Made by a program: the position numbers and the translations under genes
Assembly: GCA_003009755.1 (NCBI GenBank)
Contig: PXUB01000042.1
Coordinates: forward strand, 55,821-119,820
DNA length: 64,000 bases
Source: Thermoplasmatales archaeon SW_10_69_26
GTDB taxonomy: Archaea; Thermoplasmatota; SW-10-69-26
Reading direction: 5' to 3'
Notes under the pieces: model-generated
What the model saw: only the letters and a program-made list of their open reading frames with translations
Database searches by the model: none
What the model was told of the DNA's origin: nothing
Shown: positions 45,201 to 54,900 of the stretch, piece by piece
Numbering within the stretch: the first letter of the stretch is position 1
Layout of the letters: the number at the start of each line of letters is the position of its first letter

Positions 45201-48200
45201 TCCGCGCCCAGCTCGCGTTCGCTCACGAGGTCGCCCTGCAGACGGACCCCAGCCTCGTCGACACCGACGCGAACGGCTACGTCGACGCCTGGGAGGTCCT
45301 GCACGGGCTCGACCCCACCGATCCCACGTCCCCGCAGGGGGACAGCGTCGACACCGACCCCGGCCCCTCCCAGGGAGACGGCCTCACGATGCGAGAGGAG
45401 TACGAGGCCGGCACCGACCCCTTCAACCGCGACACCGACCAGAACGGGCAGGGGCTCCCCGACGGCGTCGACGTCGATCCCCTGGACCCGACCGACGACT
45501 CCGGGGACTGCGACTGGGACGGCATCGACGACCCCGAGGAGGCACGCCTGCCCGGCGCCGAGCCCGGCACCCCCGACACCGACGGCGACGGCCTGGTCGA
45601 CGAGAGCTACTCCCCCGAGGGCTGCCGGATCGACGGCGAGATCCTCCGCGAGCCCACGCCCGGCGTGGATCTCATCGCCATCCCCACCCCGAACGAGGAC
45701 CCCGACGACGACACCGACGATTTCCTCGGCGAAGCCGACATCGGGACCGACGCGGCCGCGTGGGAGACCAACAACGACGACCTCCCCGACGGATGGAAGG
45801 CCCTCTACGACCTCGATCCGGGGACCTCACACACCACCAGCGACACCGACGGCGACGGGATGAAAGACACCACCGAGTACGAGCTCGGCCGCCCCGCCTG
45901 GTGGCACGAGGGACCGATCGAGATCGACGGCGAGATCGAGGACGGTCACGGCGCCTGGTGGTTCGGCTCCGATCCGCGCTCGTCCAGCACGCGCGACCTC
46001 GACGGGGACGGGCTCGACGACGGCCTGTTCGACCCCGAACCGCTGAGCCCCGACAACGACTGCCAGCTGCCCGACGCCTGGTCGCTGCCCCCCGCCTGGA
46101 ACGAGGCCCACTGCCTCTCCGAGAAGCCCGCCGAGGAGGACCTCGAGGAGGTCCTCACCGGGCTGCGCCAGCTCGCCTACGAGCACGTGTTCACCGCCGA
46201 CGATCCCGACGCTCGACGCTCCGCCGACGAGGCGGCCGACGCCGTCGAACTCCACACCGAGGATCTGCAGATCACGCCGGAGGTCCTCTCCACGCACGAG
46301 CCGTTCAACGTCACCGTGCCGCTGTGCGCCGAGTCCGGCGATCGCTGCACGCAAACCGACGACCGTCCCCCGCTCGTGGGCATCTACGCCGTGACCAAGA
46401 AGGGCGCCGACCCCAACCCGAAGGAGGACCCCCTGCTGTGCGTGATCGACCCAGCGACGGACGGCGAGCCCTGGGTCGCCGACACCGAAAGCGACGGAAC
46501 CGCCCACGTCGAAACCGACGCCTGCCCGTTCGAGCCCGGGCAACGCACCCTCACCGACGACACGGACCCGCTCGTCCTCGCCCCCCACGCCCACGGCACG
46601 CTGCGACCCGGCGGCTCGTGGACGATCGAGGACGCCGATCTCGTCCCCGGCAGCCAGCTGCGCCTGGCCGCCTGGCCCCTGCCGACGAAGGTCGGGTCGA
46701 CGCCGCTCGTCGCCGACCAGACCGAGGAACCCGAGACCCCGGCCGTCGTCTCCCAGACCCCGGCCGCCGAGGGCGTGCTCTCCGTTCGCGACGACCCCGT
46801 GCTCGAGGCCGGCGAGGACAAGGAGGTGACCGTGCTTTTGCGGGACCGGGCCGGCTTCGTGATCCCCGACCGCCCGGTCGAGGCGTCCTGGAACGACGCC
46901 GAACCCGAGCGCCAGCTCGTGGACAGCCGCGGACGGCTGAACCTGACCCTCGACGGCATCGCCACCGACGAGCCGACGACCCGTCCGCTCAACGCGTCGT
47001 TCAGCGGATCCGGCGTCGTCGAAGGCACCGAGCGGACGTTCCCGCTCCCCGTCCGCGTCGGCTCCACGATGCGGCTCTCCGTCTCCCAGGGCACCGCGCC
47101 CGGCCAGCTCCCCGCCGAGGTGTCCCTCACCGACACCACCGGCACCAGCCTGTCCCAGCGACCGGTGACCGCCACGGCCCAGCTGCCCGGCGAGGGGACC
47201 GCGAGCGCGAACGCCACGACCGGGCCCAACGGCAACGCGACGGTCTCGATCCCGTTGCCCGCCGGCACCGACCCCGGCCAGGCGAAGGTCTCCGCGTCCT
47301 TCGCCGGCGACGACGAGGCCGCACCGAGCACCGCCGAGGGCCTGGCCGACATCCGCGTCGACCCGCAACTCGAGCTGCAGGCCCCCGACGAGGCGCGCCT
47401 CACCGAGGGCGTCCGTCTCACCGTCAACCTCACGCACCCCAACGGCGACCCGGTCGCGCCCGCGCCCGGTGAAGCCTTCCAGATGGTGTTCCGCCTCGGC
47501 TCGCTCGAGGAGACCCGCAAGATCGTGTCCGCGCCCACCAAGGGCCAGATCACGCACGTCTTCCCCAGCGGGCCCGATCTGCCGCTGGGCACCAGCTCGC
47601 TCGAGGTCGAGCTCCGCGATGGCCGCTTCAACCCGGCCTCCAGCGTCAGCGACGAGGTGACCGTCCGCAGCACGGTCGACACCGAGCTGTCCACCGACGT
47701 GCTCGGCGTGGGCGTCGACAACAACGTGACCGTCGAGGTTCGCGATGCACTGGGCCGACCGATCGACGACGCGTCCGTGACCGTCGACGTGCGCGAGGCC
47801 ACCGCCACCGCTACCACCGGCACCCGCGGCGAGGCCCCACTTGCCCTGTCGCTGCCGCTGTCGAGCCAGCGCGGACCCGCGAGGGCGACCGTCGACGTCG
47901 ACGGCACCAACCGCACCGTGCCCTCCTCCGAGGACGTGGACGTCACCGTCACGCTCGGCACCGAGTTCCGCACGTCCCCGACCGTCACCGGCTCGCTCGA
48001 CGGGTTCGATCTGCAGGGCCGGCTGGTCACCGCCACCGGCGAGGGCGTCTCCGAGGCCCTGGTGCGCGTCACCGGCCTCGGTTCCCTGGACATCGTCACC
48101 GGGCCCGACGGCGGCTTCTCCGCCCAGCTGACGCCACCGCCTGGCACCCAGCCCGGCAACCAGACGCTCACCCTCGCCTACGAGGGCGAGGACACGCTGG

Positions 48201-49237
48201 CCCCCGCCCGCGCCGAGGTCACCGCCGACCTGTTCCAGACGGTCAACCTCACGCTCGAGGAACCGCCCCTCGTCCCGACCGGCGGGCAAGCCCGCATCAC
48301 GGGCGAGCTCGTGTCCCGCGGCGAGCCCGTCGAGGATGCGAGACTCGAGCTCACCATCGGCAACGCGACCACGACCGCGACGACGGCCTCCGATGGCTCC
48401 TTCACGATCGAGGGCCCGATGCCCGAGGGCGAGTCCGGGGCCGTGGACGCCACCGTCGGCTTGCCCCGTCAACAGGGCCTGGCGGAGACGACGCGCGCCC
48501 TCCAGATCCAGGCGGTGGAACCGGTCGACCTCACCACGTCGAAGCGCTCGACCGACGACGGCGTGACCGTCACGATCCAGGCCGCCACCAGCAGCGGCGA
48601 CCCCGTGGCTGGCGAGACCATCGTGGCCTCCCTGCCCGGCGGCCAGACCCAGCTCACGACGAACGACGACGGTGTCGCCCGCTACCACCTGTCGTCCGAC
48701 ACCGCCGACGAGGGCACGCAGATCGAGTTCGTCTACCAGGGCTCGGACACGCAGGCCCCCGCCTCGACCACGGTCAGCGTCCAGTCCGCCAGCGCACCGA
48801 TCTCGGGCACCCCGATCGGGATCGCCGCGATCGTGCTCGTGATCGCCGTCGAAGGCGTGATCCTCTGGCGCGTCTACCGTCGACGCAAGGTCGTCGACAC
48901 CGTCGTGGACGCGGTGCAGGACCTCGAGAACCGGCTGCGCGCCGGCGACGAACTGCGCGCCGCCGTCATCCAGACCTTCCGCCGCATCCAGAACGGGCTC
49001 GAAGCGCTCGGCCAGGAGGAAGCCGAGTGGGAGACCCACCGCGAGTACCTGGCCCGCAGCTTCGACGCGATCGACGCCGACGTGGACGAGTTGGGACCGT
49101 TCATGGACCTGCTCGACCGCGCCCAGTACGGCGCCGAACCGCTGGGCCCCCAGGACCGGGTCCGCGCCCTCCAGCTCTCGCAAGGTCTGTTGGACGAGCT
49201 CGTGACCGCACCGACCCGCGGAGGGGATCAGACGTGA
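39296..49237 (+). CDS. Giant membrane/surface protein (~3310 aa), apparent fusion: NEW3/CARDB-type protein plus Ca-binding-repeat/Ig-like/DUF4129 protein
   Basis: ATGA overlap; signal peptide; internal TPGPGLVLLLLSLA then a second hydrophobic helix; many DxDGDGLxDGxE repeats; C-terminal TM and DUF4129-like ETHREY..LLDRAQYG. Confidence 0.85.
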   Translation: MRAAPLILLALLVPVGFLIVTGEEAQAQSGGPDWYDEDWPFRLVVQADRTAQVTDLGEARSDLVGYEIAFDDALDRAQWPSSLVTASDPSSIVVVPYGSLAAGTQPGDPLPRTVSDPVSTTGSCEVGEISRCLITWERVPGAKAYGIYWAPDTANVDVPDTGEGPQLVGTTMGQEHWAFLRPFDQPDLHVSPVPDDARITAFTATGQQTIYADGSGSNCETRNDVLTCSVPSVKVRVLTSEPTTTVVTENNGPATYPLVGPQGQVGNELHGVIPGGTWDEPPELVLWAHNGSCSGGCEVEVSPASTRQSPVTVTSSAAVTVELSTRTDPQAVVADAPGDEQIHAAFRGPGFMPVDARDAERTNTWLPVDRFFSAQTPQPTRVDLNDISKSKVLQEDRRVDPPISQVSLDPETDTLEVVSEDPVYTYAGRITDLTEATHQPIPARDRLPVPANARLLALTPQLGGATQTANLESVSGQDPTTQLLRLSAGASRGIVDPGNEPSVVGVDTNAPMGFVVTNEGAGDSNLFGQALGVRQPVQATVDSADYLADAIDIAVTPQSTFAGSGAVVDFNVTVRNLAQGSGGSVPSLSVDLSLDPIGTAEGNVSTTLETSTVQLPGEADATRTVGVSARVAEGLSDVVLPLRVNATVEGADGLTASDKSRISVVTIRDFQFTYTDGSSEQTQTAQPGSTNTFDLQVRNTGTVPSSITLEKDAFGGEGFDTCLRVSGGSCSSSITLEDIQPGNTRTAELRVDSPDKESEDRLEVTVRGELADNAGPVRTVDATVFLNVPVVATIDTDPSRLQLTPGARETVDVTVINQGVQSDARLSLPSSGGAINATLVDPETGEPNATLSQLLGPRNTQAAVWETQLEIEVAEDAPPGLRTETLLDLRLQPGGGLPSFGTSSKVSVQVIRQLSNEPLNAPTIPPGTATRVEVPLQIGLFGDTSVDVRLDSAPPLWNVTPPTELSFDEDGRSLLAFNATPPAGAEPGNATVSFRVLDPLGPGGVLPVDLGVARGGQAEISTRERLGVAMGSPTVLPLTIRNVGNEPLSGDIVLENAPGNVTLTTPPLPTLAPANGTTTLPATITARESVEGPVSVGVLDGSRRAGNTTVDLVADRAEISLSPNLIVPQEDPSPGESYPVTVTVNNDGRVPVRNLTVALLENDARLADRAIERLPANGSATVTIEWLPDEEVSRSDLSVHADPDGQLMQDREDDSLGFDDANETPGPGLVLLLLSLAVPSGLKGTWQLFSRRERWLAIGGVLLLLVLIPALFIPAITVDQSPADASTPEEFNDTDADGVSDAAEVTRYGTDIQNNDTDEDEVPDGWEAQYARFNQTFRDFRPDPGRPDAGEDIDEDGLTNRREFEAGTHPHESDTDEDGFPDGWEVRSGLDPTTATPGDEDCSGNGLTNQEEFELGTLACLTDSDRDGIPDTAERAGEWTFQDEDYEFDPTDPATRSTGGSGSPDGWLLVHDLDPHVSEHSTADPDGDELSTTREWKHTEARGFADPGNWSEGLDPTTADTDGDGLPDGWELRNGLDPLDAEDGSLDSDEDGLTNGAEFQAGTDPEAADSDGDGLSDGEEVDGYEITVDDETTQVRSNPLIGDTDGDGLTDFQEREGRVEDRSFPATNPLSSDTDGDGLSDGGEVFALSGPDTLDPTVSDSDNDGLLDGEEWDLWMGKAEQARSDAGYAARIDAQTRRSVDDIPAILEPTGDLDDDGMPNVLDPNADTPEDLSSLPEAEQETLVDGEEAFPPSRSGRTLPTSDPSLRDTDGDSLPDSWEREYTEFSSDVGGWLLDPRRADSDGDGTPDNEEDLETACYSDREIEGDGVPWFNFAYTNELELERGTDPLACDSDEDGLPDGWEIEGARRMQSSGLQVQLNPNSEDSDSDGTLDGDETSPTGVPNTDAILWAEDPACTDGAPKTGKGVCLYRWGGGDPGVPDRSIPTDRTDTSFVQIADDRCDPGERCHLVRAQLAFAHEVALQTDPSLVDTDANGYVDAWEVLHGLDPTDPTSPQGDSVDTDPGPSQGDGLTMREEYEAGTDPFNRDTDQNGQGLPDGVDVDPLDPTDDSGDCDWDGIDDPEEARLPGAEPGTPDTDGDGLVDESYSPEGCRIDGEILREPTPGVDLIAIPTPNEDPDDDTDDFLGEADIGTDAAAWETNNDDLPDGWKALYDLDPGTSHTTSDTDGDGMKDTTEYELGRPAWWHEGPIEIDGEIEDGHGAWWFGSDPRSSSTRDLDGDGLDDGLFDPEPLSPDNDCQLPDAWSLPPAWNEAHCLSEKPAEEDLEEVLTGLRQLAYEHVFTADDPDARRSADEAADAVELHTEDLQITPEVLSTHEPFNVTVPLCAESGDRCTQTDDRPPLVGIYAVTKKGADPNPKEDPLLCVIDPATDGEPWVADTESDGTAHVETDACPFEPGQRTLTDDTDPLVLAPHAHGTLRPGGSWTIEDADLVPGSQLRLAAWPLPTKVGSTPLVADQTEEPETPAVVSQTPAAEGVLSVRDDPVLEAGEDKEVTVLLRDRAGFVIPDRPVEASWNDAEPERQLVDSRGRLNLTLDGIATDEPTTRPLNASFSGSGVVEGTERTFPLPVRVGSTMRLSVSQGTAPGQLPAEVSLTDTTGTSLSQRPVTATAQLPGEGTASANATTGPNGNATVSIPLPAGTDPGQAKVSASFAGDDEAAPSTAEGLADIRVDPQLELQAPDEARLTEGVRLTVNLTHPNGDPVAPAPGEAFQMVFRLGSLEETRKIVSAPTKGQITHVFPSGPDLPLGTSSLEVELRDGRFNPASSVSDEVTVRSTVDTELSTDVLGVGVDNNVTVEVRDALGRPIDDASVTVDVREATATATTGTRGEAPLALSLPLSSQRGPARATVDVDGTNRTVPSSEDVDVTVTLGTEFRTSPTVTGSLDGFDLQGRLVTATGEGVSEALVRVTGLGSLDIVTGPDGGFSAQLTPPPGTQPGNQTLTLAYEGEDTLAPARAEVTADLFQTVNLTLEEPPLVPTGGQARITGELVSRGEPVEDARLELTIGNATTTATTASDGSFTIEGPMPEGESGAVDATVGLPRQQGLAETTRALQIQAVEPVDLTTSKRSTDDGVTVTIQAATSSGDPVAGETIVASLPGGQTQLTTNDDGVARYHLSSDTADEGTQIEFVYQGSDTQAPASTTVSVQSASAPISGTPIGIAAIVLVIAVEGVILWRVYRRRKVVDTVVDAVQDLENRLRAGDELRAAVIQTFRRIQNGLEALGQEEAEWETHREYLARSFDAIDADVDELGPFMDLLDRAQYGAEPLGPQDRVRALQLSQGLLDELVTAPTRGGDQT
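43170..46040 (+). repeat. Thrombospondin type-3-like Ca-binding repeats (DP..DTDGDGLPDGWE)
   Basis: Many degenerate copies, e.g. DTDEDGFPDGWE, DTDGDGLPDGWE, DSDGDGLSDGEE. Confidence 0.85.
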
Positions 49238-50193
49238 ACCGGCGACGTTGGGCCGTGATCGCGTGGGCGCTGCTCGTCCTCGGCTACACGGTCGCCGCCG
49301 GCTTCACCGTCCCTCCCCGCGAGGGCACGGCCGACCCCGACGGGACCGGGCACCACTCGGCCGCCCAGCTCGAACGGTTGATCGCCACCTCCGCCGACGG
49401 CAGCGATCGGCTGTCGCTCACCCCGAGCACGAGCATCCACGGCCCCACCGAGCTCACCGTGATGGTCGCCCCCGAACGCTCGCCGTACCCGACCGAGGGC
49501 GACGTGATGAACGACGTCCTGGCGGACGGCGGCACGGTCGTGCTCTTCGCCGCGACGCCCGCCTGGAACGGGTTCCTCGCCGAGCACAACATCCAGCTCG
49601 ACAACTCCACCCTCATCCCGACCGCGAACCCGTCCACGAGCAACCTGCTCACGCTCGATCTCCCCGCCAGCCTCGGCTCGGGGGAGCTGCTCATGCCGAA
49701 CGCGACCGCGGTCAGCTCCGAGGATCCCAACGTGACGACCTACCAGCCCGACGAGGAGACGGTGCTCGACGAGAACGGCAACGGACGCATCGAGGTCCCG
49801 CCCGACCAAGCCGGGGCCTTCCCCGTGGCCGCCTCCACGAGCGTCGGCGACGGCCGCCTGGTCGTCATCGCCAGCTCCGAAGCCGTGCTCGGCGCCGGGC
49901 TCGAACGCAACCTCGACGCCACCGGCGACATGCTGTCCACGCTCTCCGGCGACCAACCCGCCGCGTTCGACGCTGCCACCCACCCGCGAGGCTGGAAGGA
50001 TCTGGCCCGTGCGCCCGCCGGCGCCACGCTCGGCGTCGCGCAGGCCTCCCCGGCCGGGTTCGGCGTCGTCGCCCTGCTCGGCATCGGGCTCGTCTTCGCG
50101 CTCCCCAAGCGACCCACCGAGGAGGAGGTCACCGGCGCCCTCGACGAGTTCACCGACACCACCCGGGAGGTGATGCTCGATCGAGGCGATTGA
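49234..50193 (+). CDS. DUF4350-like membrane protein
   Basis: GTGA overlap; N- and C-terminal TM; LADGGTVVLFA, VGDGRLVVIASSE, FDATH-like motif; sits between DUF4129 and DUF58 genes. Confidence 0.7.
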   Translation: MNRRRWAVIAWALLVLGYTVAAGFTVPPREGTADPDGTGHHSAAQLERLIATSADGSDRLSLTPSTSIHGPTELTVMVAPERSPYPTEGDVMNDVLADGGTVVLFAATPAWNGFLAEHNIQLDNSTLIPTANPSTSNLLTLDLPASLGSGELLMPNATAVSSEDPNVTTYQPDEETVLDENGNGRIEVPPDQAGAFPVAASTSVGDGRLVVIASSEAVLGAGLERNLDATGDMLSTLSGDQPAAFDAATHPRGWKDLARAPAGATLGVAQASPAGFGVVALLGIGLVFALPKRPTEEEVTGALDEFTDTTREVMLDRGD

Positions 50194-50200
50194 CCGCACC

Positions 50201-51409
50201 TTGGTCGCGGCCGGCCTCCTGGCCGCGGTCACCTTCGTCACCGGGTCCCCGATCCCCGCACTGACCGGCGCCGGCCTGCTGACGCTGGCCGGCCTGTTCC
50301 AGCTCGTCCCTCCGGTCGGATCCGTCGAGGCCGAACGGGAGGTCGACAGCGTCCGCACCGTCGAGGGCGGTGACGTCGTCTCGCGCGCCCGCCTCGACGG
50401 CACGCTGCGCGTCCCGGGCGTGATCACGCTCGACGACGAACCCCCGGCCATCGCCGAGATCCAGTCCCCCGGCCGGCGAACCCACCTCGGCGTCGGCGCC
50501 TTCGCGCTCGAGGGCGACACCGAGATGACACTGCCCGTGCGCGGCGTCGCGGACATCGGTCCGCTGACGGCGTTCGCCCTGGATCCGCTGGGCCTGGTGA
50601 GCCACCGGTTCGAGGCCCTGTCCCCCGACAGCGTGCACGTCTGGCCCCGTGGCGAGGACGCCGACGAGCAACCGCTGCGCGCCCGGTACGAGCGGATGCT
50701 CAGCGGCCGCCACAACGTGCCGAACCCCGGTGAGAGCCTGGAGTTCTACGGCATCCGCGAGTACCAGCCCTCCGACCCGATGCGCAAGGTCAACTGGAAC
50801 CAGACCGCGGCCAAGGGCGAGATGCTCGTCAACGAGAACGAGCAGCAGACCTACGGCGAGGTCGCGGTGTTCGTCGATGCCCGCCGCATCACCGGCATCG
50901 GCACCCACCGCGAGAACCCTCTGCACGAGGTGTGCCGGTTCGCGACCACCCTGGGAAACATCGCGTACGCGACCCAGGACGTGATGCGTGCCTACGCGTT
51001 CGGCCCGGCCGACTTCGACCGGTTCCGGCCCGACCCCGGCAGCCCCTGGAAGGACCAGTACAACGACTGGCTGACCGAGCTGGAACCCGCCGGCGACCTC
51101 ACCGTCGAACCCGTGCTCGACGAGGTGTTGCCCTACCTGACCGAGCGATCGATCGTCGTCTTCATCACCCCCCTGTTCGGTGACGACGTCATCGGCGACG
51201 CCGCCCACCGGGCGATGGCGTTGGAGAACGACGTGCTTGTCATCGCGACCGGGCTCCCCGACAGCCTGCCCGACGCCATCCAGGACAGCCTCGACGAGGA
51301 TCGCGAGGACCGGCTGGCGAACCTGCGCGACCGCGGGGTCCCCGTCATCGACGCCGCGGCCGGACGCACGCTCGAGCAAGCCATCGACGAGCAGGAGGCG
51401 ATGATGTGA
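50201..51409 (+). CDS. DUF58 (vWA-like) protein; start uncertain
   Basis: DPLGL, EFYGIREYQPSDPMRKVNWNQTA, VAVFVD; N-terminal TM pair. Confidence 0.85.
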   Translation: MVAAGLLAAVTFVTGSPIPALTGAGLLTLAGLFQLVPPVGSVEAEREVDSVRTVEGGDVVSRARLDGTLRVPGVITLDDEPPAIAEIQSPGRRTHLGVGAFALEGDTEMTLPVRGVADIGPLTAFALDPLGLVSHRFEALSPDSVHVWPRGEDADEQPLRARYERMLSGRHNVPNPGESLEFYGIREYQPSDPMRKVNWNQTAAKGEMLVNENEQQTYGEVAVFVDARRITGIGTHRENPLHEVCRFATTLGNIAYATQDVMRAYAFGPADFDRFRPDPGSPWKDQYNDWLTELEPAGDLTVEPVLDEVLPYLTERSIVVFITPLFGDDVIGDAAHRAMALENDVLVIATGLPDSLPDAIQDSLDEDREDRLANLRDRGVPVIDAAAGRTLEQAIDEQEAMM

Positions 51410-51912
51410 ACCGGATCGCGCTCACGCTGGCCGCCCTCGGCACGCCCGGCCTTCTCGTCCTCCCCTTCGCCACGACCTCGGAACTGGTCCCGTTCGTCGC
51501 CGTCGTCGGTCTCGTCGCCCTCGGCGGCGTGACGGCGATCGCGGGCGCAGCCACCGGCCGCGTCCGCGTCCACGGCGCCGGGATCGCGCTCGCCATCACG
51601 GGCGCCGGCCTGACCGGCGTCGGCCTCCCGACCGCGTTCGTGGGCCTGGGGGTCGCATCCGCAACGCTTTTCATCGCGTCCCTCAACCTGCACCTGGTGC
51701 TACCCGAGCACGGGGGCGGCGTCACGCTCGTGTTCGCCGCGCTCGTCAGCTCGGCCCTCGTCGCCGCGCTCGGCCTCCTGGCCGGGCGAGGGGCACGGTT
51801 CCTGGGTGGCGGCGGTGTCGACGCCGCCGGGGGTGTCGCGGCCTGGCTCGTGCTCGTGGCCGCGGTCACCTGGGGACTGGTCCGATGGGCGCAGGAGGCC
51901 CAGCCTGGATGA
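51406..51912 (+). CDS. Multi-TM hypothetical membrane protein
   Basis: Almost entirely hydrophobic; NTGA overlaps on both sides. Confidence 0.75.
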   Translation: MNRIALTLAALGTPGLLVLPFATTSELVPFVAVVGLVALGGVTAIAGAATGRVRVHGAGIALAITGAGLTGVGLPTAFVGLGVASATLFIASLNLHLVLPEHGGGVTLVFAALVSSALVAALGLLAGRGARFLGGGGVDAAGGVAAWLVLVAAVTWGLVRWAQEAQPG

Positions 51913-54900
51913 CATCCGCTCGCCATCGACGCTCGGTCCTGTTCGCGCTGCTCGCCGTGGCTGCCCTCGTCGGCGTCGCCGCGGCTGCCCAGGGCCAGGA
52001 TCGCATACGTGGGGACGTGCTCGTCAACGAATCTAGCCTCATCGGTTTCACCGACGCCGAGGACACCGCGATCGAGGAGGTCGACGAGCGACCCTCGGAC
52101 TCCCGCCTCGAGGCCTCGGACGTCGGCCTGCGCGGACCCGACACGGTCTCCCGTCCCTCCGGGGACGAGGGACAGCGTGCCTACATGCTCGGCCTGAGCG
52201 CCAGCGCCGCCCTCGGCATCGACCAACCCGTGCTCGACCGGTACGCCAACGGCGAGCTGGACGACGCGTTCCTCGAGCTGTCCTACCAGAACGGCTGCAG
52301 CAGCCCCAACGGCGAGCTCGTCGTCCAAGCGATCGAAACCCGCTCCTGGTCCCCCTTCGACGTCGGATGGGACGACACCACGCTGGGCAACGGCTCGATC
52401 GCGATCGATGGCCCCGAGCTCGCTCGCGCCCCGATCTCGACCAGCAGCGCCCAGGACAACCCGGACATCGGCTGCAACCAGGCCACGTTGGCGCTCGAGA
52501 CCGACCGAGTGGAACGCGTCCTGAACGCCGAGCTCGGCGGGATCGCGCTCACCTGGCAGGGCGAGCAACCGCTCAACGTCTCCACGCTGAACAGCGAGGA
52601 CCCGCCCGTGCTCGACGTGAACTTCACCACGCAGGGCCCCTCGGTCGACGAGATCGCCGTCGCCGACGGGTACCCGGCCGTGGTCGACACGGGCGAGCGG
52701 TTCTCGATCGCCGTCAACGCCACCGATGCCCAGGACCTGCCCGACGACGCCGTCGCGATCGACGTCGCCCCCCAGAACGAGACCGTCAACAACGCCAGCA
52801 CGCTCGAGGCGACCCGCTCGGGCGATCTCTTCGTCGCCTCGCAGACCTTCACCGCCGACGCCGAAGGCCGCTACACGCTGCAGGGCCAAGCCACCGACAC
52901 GGACGGGTGGATCGACCGCGAGCCACCCGACGCCTCGGCCCCCCACGTCGTCGCCGACGGCACCGCTCCCGAGATCCCGGTGGCCACCCTCGGCCCGCAA
53001 GCCACGGGCACGCTCGTGGACGCCGACGAGGGGACCTCGTTGGATTTGGCCGCCAACGTCAGCGACCTCACGTGCGCCGCCGGCGTCTCCCCCTGCGGCG
53101 AGTGGCGTCTCGCGTGGCACGACCAGACCCTCGCCAACGGGACGCTCACCTCCGACCACCGCATCCAAGCCCAGGTTCCGCTCCCCCGGCCCGGCAACAC
53201 CACGGCCACGCTCGTGGTCGAGGACGCCATCGGCCACACCAACCGGTCCACGACCTGGACGCTGAACGTCACGGACACCGTCCCACCGACCGCGAGCCCG
53301 CTCGAGGGCACCGATCTCTCACCCGGCCAAGGCATCACGGTCGAGAACGGGACCCCGATCCAGCTGCGAGCCCAGATCGAGGACGACCTGCCCGTCGAGG
53401 GCCGGCTCGTGCTCGAGGGATCGCAGACGATCGACCGCGATCTGCCCGCCCCGGACGAGGACGGCCTCATCGAGGCCGAGATCACCGGCGTCCCCCAGGG
53501 CAGCTACCGCGCCCGGCTCGTGCTCGACGACGGCACCCACACGCGCCGCGTCGGGTTCGGCGACCTCACCGTCGCCGCCCAGGGCGCGCCCAGCGTCTCG
53601 ATCGACCTGCCCAGCACCCGGATCGGGCCCAAACAGGCGCTGGACGCCACCGTCCGCGACCGCGACCTCGACGAGGCCAAGACCACCGTCGTCGCCGAGG
53701 TCAACGGCCTCGAGGTCCAACCCGACGTCGACCGCGAACCCGTCGAGAACGGTCTCGATCTCACGATCCACCTCGGCGACGTCGGGCACGAGGACATCGT
53801 GAACGTGACCGTGCGCGCCCAGGACCGACAGGGCCTGGAAGCCGACGCCCGCGCCCGTGTCACCGTTGACGCCGAACCCCCCACCCTCGTCGAACCGGAG
53901 ACGGACACGTGGGCCGCGCCCGGCGACACGGTGCGCCTGTCCGCCAGGGACCCGGGAGGCGGGGACGTCTCGATGACGCTCGATGCCCCCCAGACCCGGT
54001 CGGCTGGACCCAGCCCGCGATCGGTGACCATCGACAAGCTCGTCCCCGAGCCGGGGCGCCTCGTCAACGTCTCCGTCACGTTGAGCGACGACATCGGCAA
54101 CGAGCAGACCACGTCCGTCCACGTCGGGCTCGACGACGCACCGCCCGAGGCCTCGCCGGTGTTCACCCGCGAGGGCCTCATCATCGACACCCAGGACAAC
54201 GCCAGCGGCGTCCTGCGCGTCGACGCCCTCGTCGGCGTCGACGGTGAACCGCTGAACGAGACCCAGGTGTTCCAGGAGAGCCCCACCCGGTTCTTCGTCG
54301 CCACCGGCGACCTCACACGCGGCGACGAGGTCGCCCTCGCCGCCCAGGTCCGCGACCGGGTGGGCCACGAGACCGCCCTCGGCACCGCCCAGGACCCGCT
54401 CGAGCTCACCGTGCCCGACCGCGCGCCCCGCATCGAGATCGAACGCGCCTCGGCCACGATCGCCGACGTCGGACGCGTGAACTGGACCGCCGAGGATCCC
54501 GACGAGGATCCCCTGGACGTGACGGTCGAGGTCACCCGCCCCGACGGCACGAGAGAGACCGTCTCCGGCCAAGCCATCGGATCGCACGCGATCGAGCCCG
54601 GGGAACCGGGCCGCTACGGCGTCACCGTCGAGGCCAGCTCGGCCGGCAACGCCACCCAGGCGAGCACGTTCTTCTACCTCGGCCCCGAGGGCCGCCTGGT
54701 GCAGGCCACCTCCGTGCCCGACGACGTGGAGCCCGGTCGCTCGCTCGTCGTCGAGCTGTCCTTCGCCAGCGAACCCCAGCAGGTGTTCGTGACCGCCACC
54801 GACGAGGACGAGGCCGTCACGAGCGCCACCGTGGACCTGCAAGGCTCGCAGGCCACGGCCACCTTCGAGGGGCTGCCCGAGGGCACCTACGACCTCGAGG

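Noticed and set aside
16909-49183. Very long minus-strand ORFs (16909-22128, 25938-32366, 33411-39290, 39287-45304, 45827-49183)
   Set aside because: Antisense shadows of GC-rich acidic genes (V/G/L/R-rich mirror of GAC/GAG/ACC codons), with no motifs or start signals
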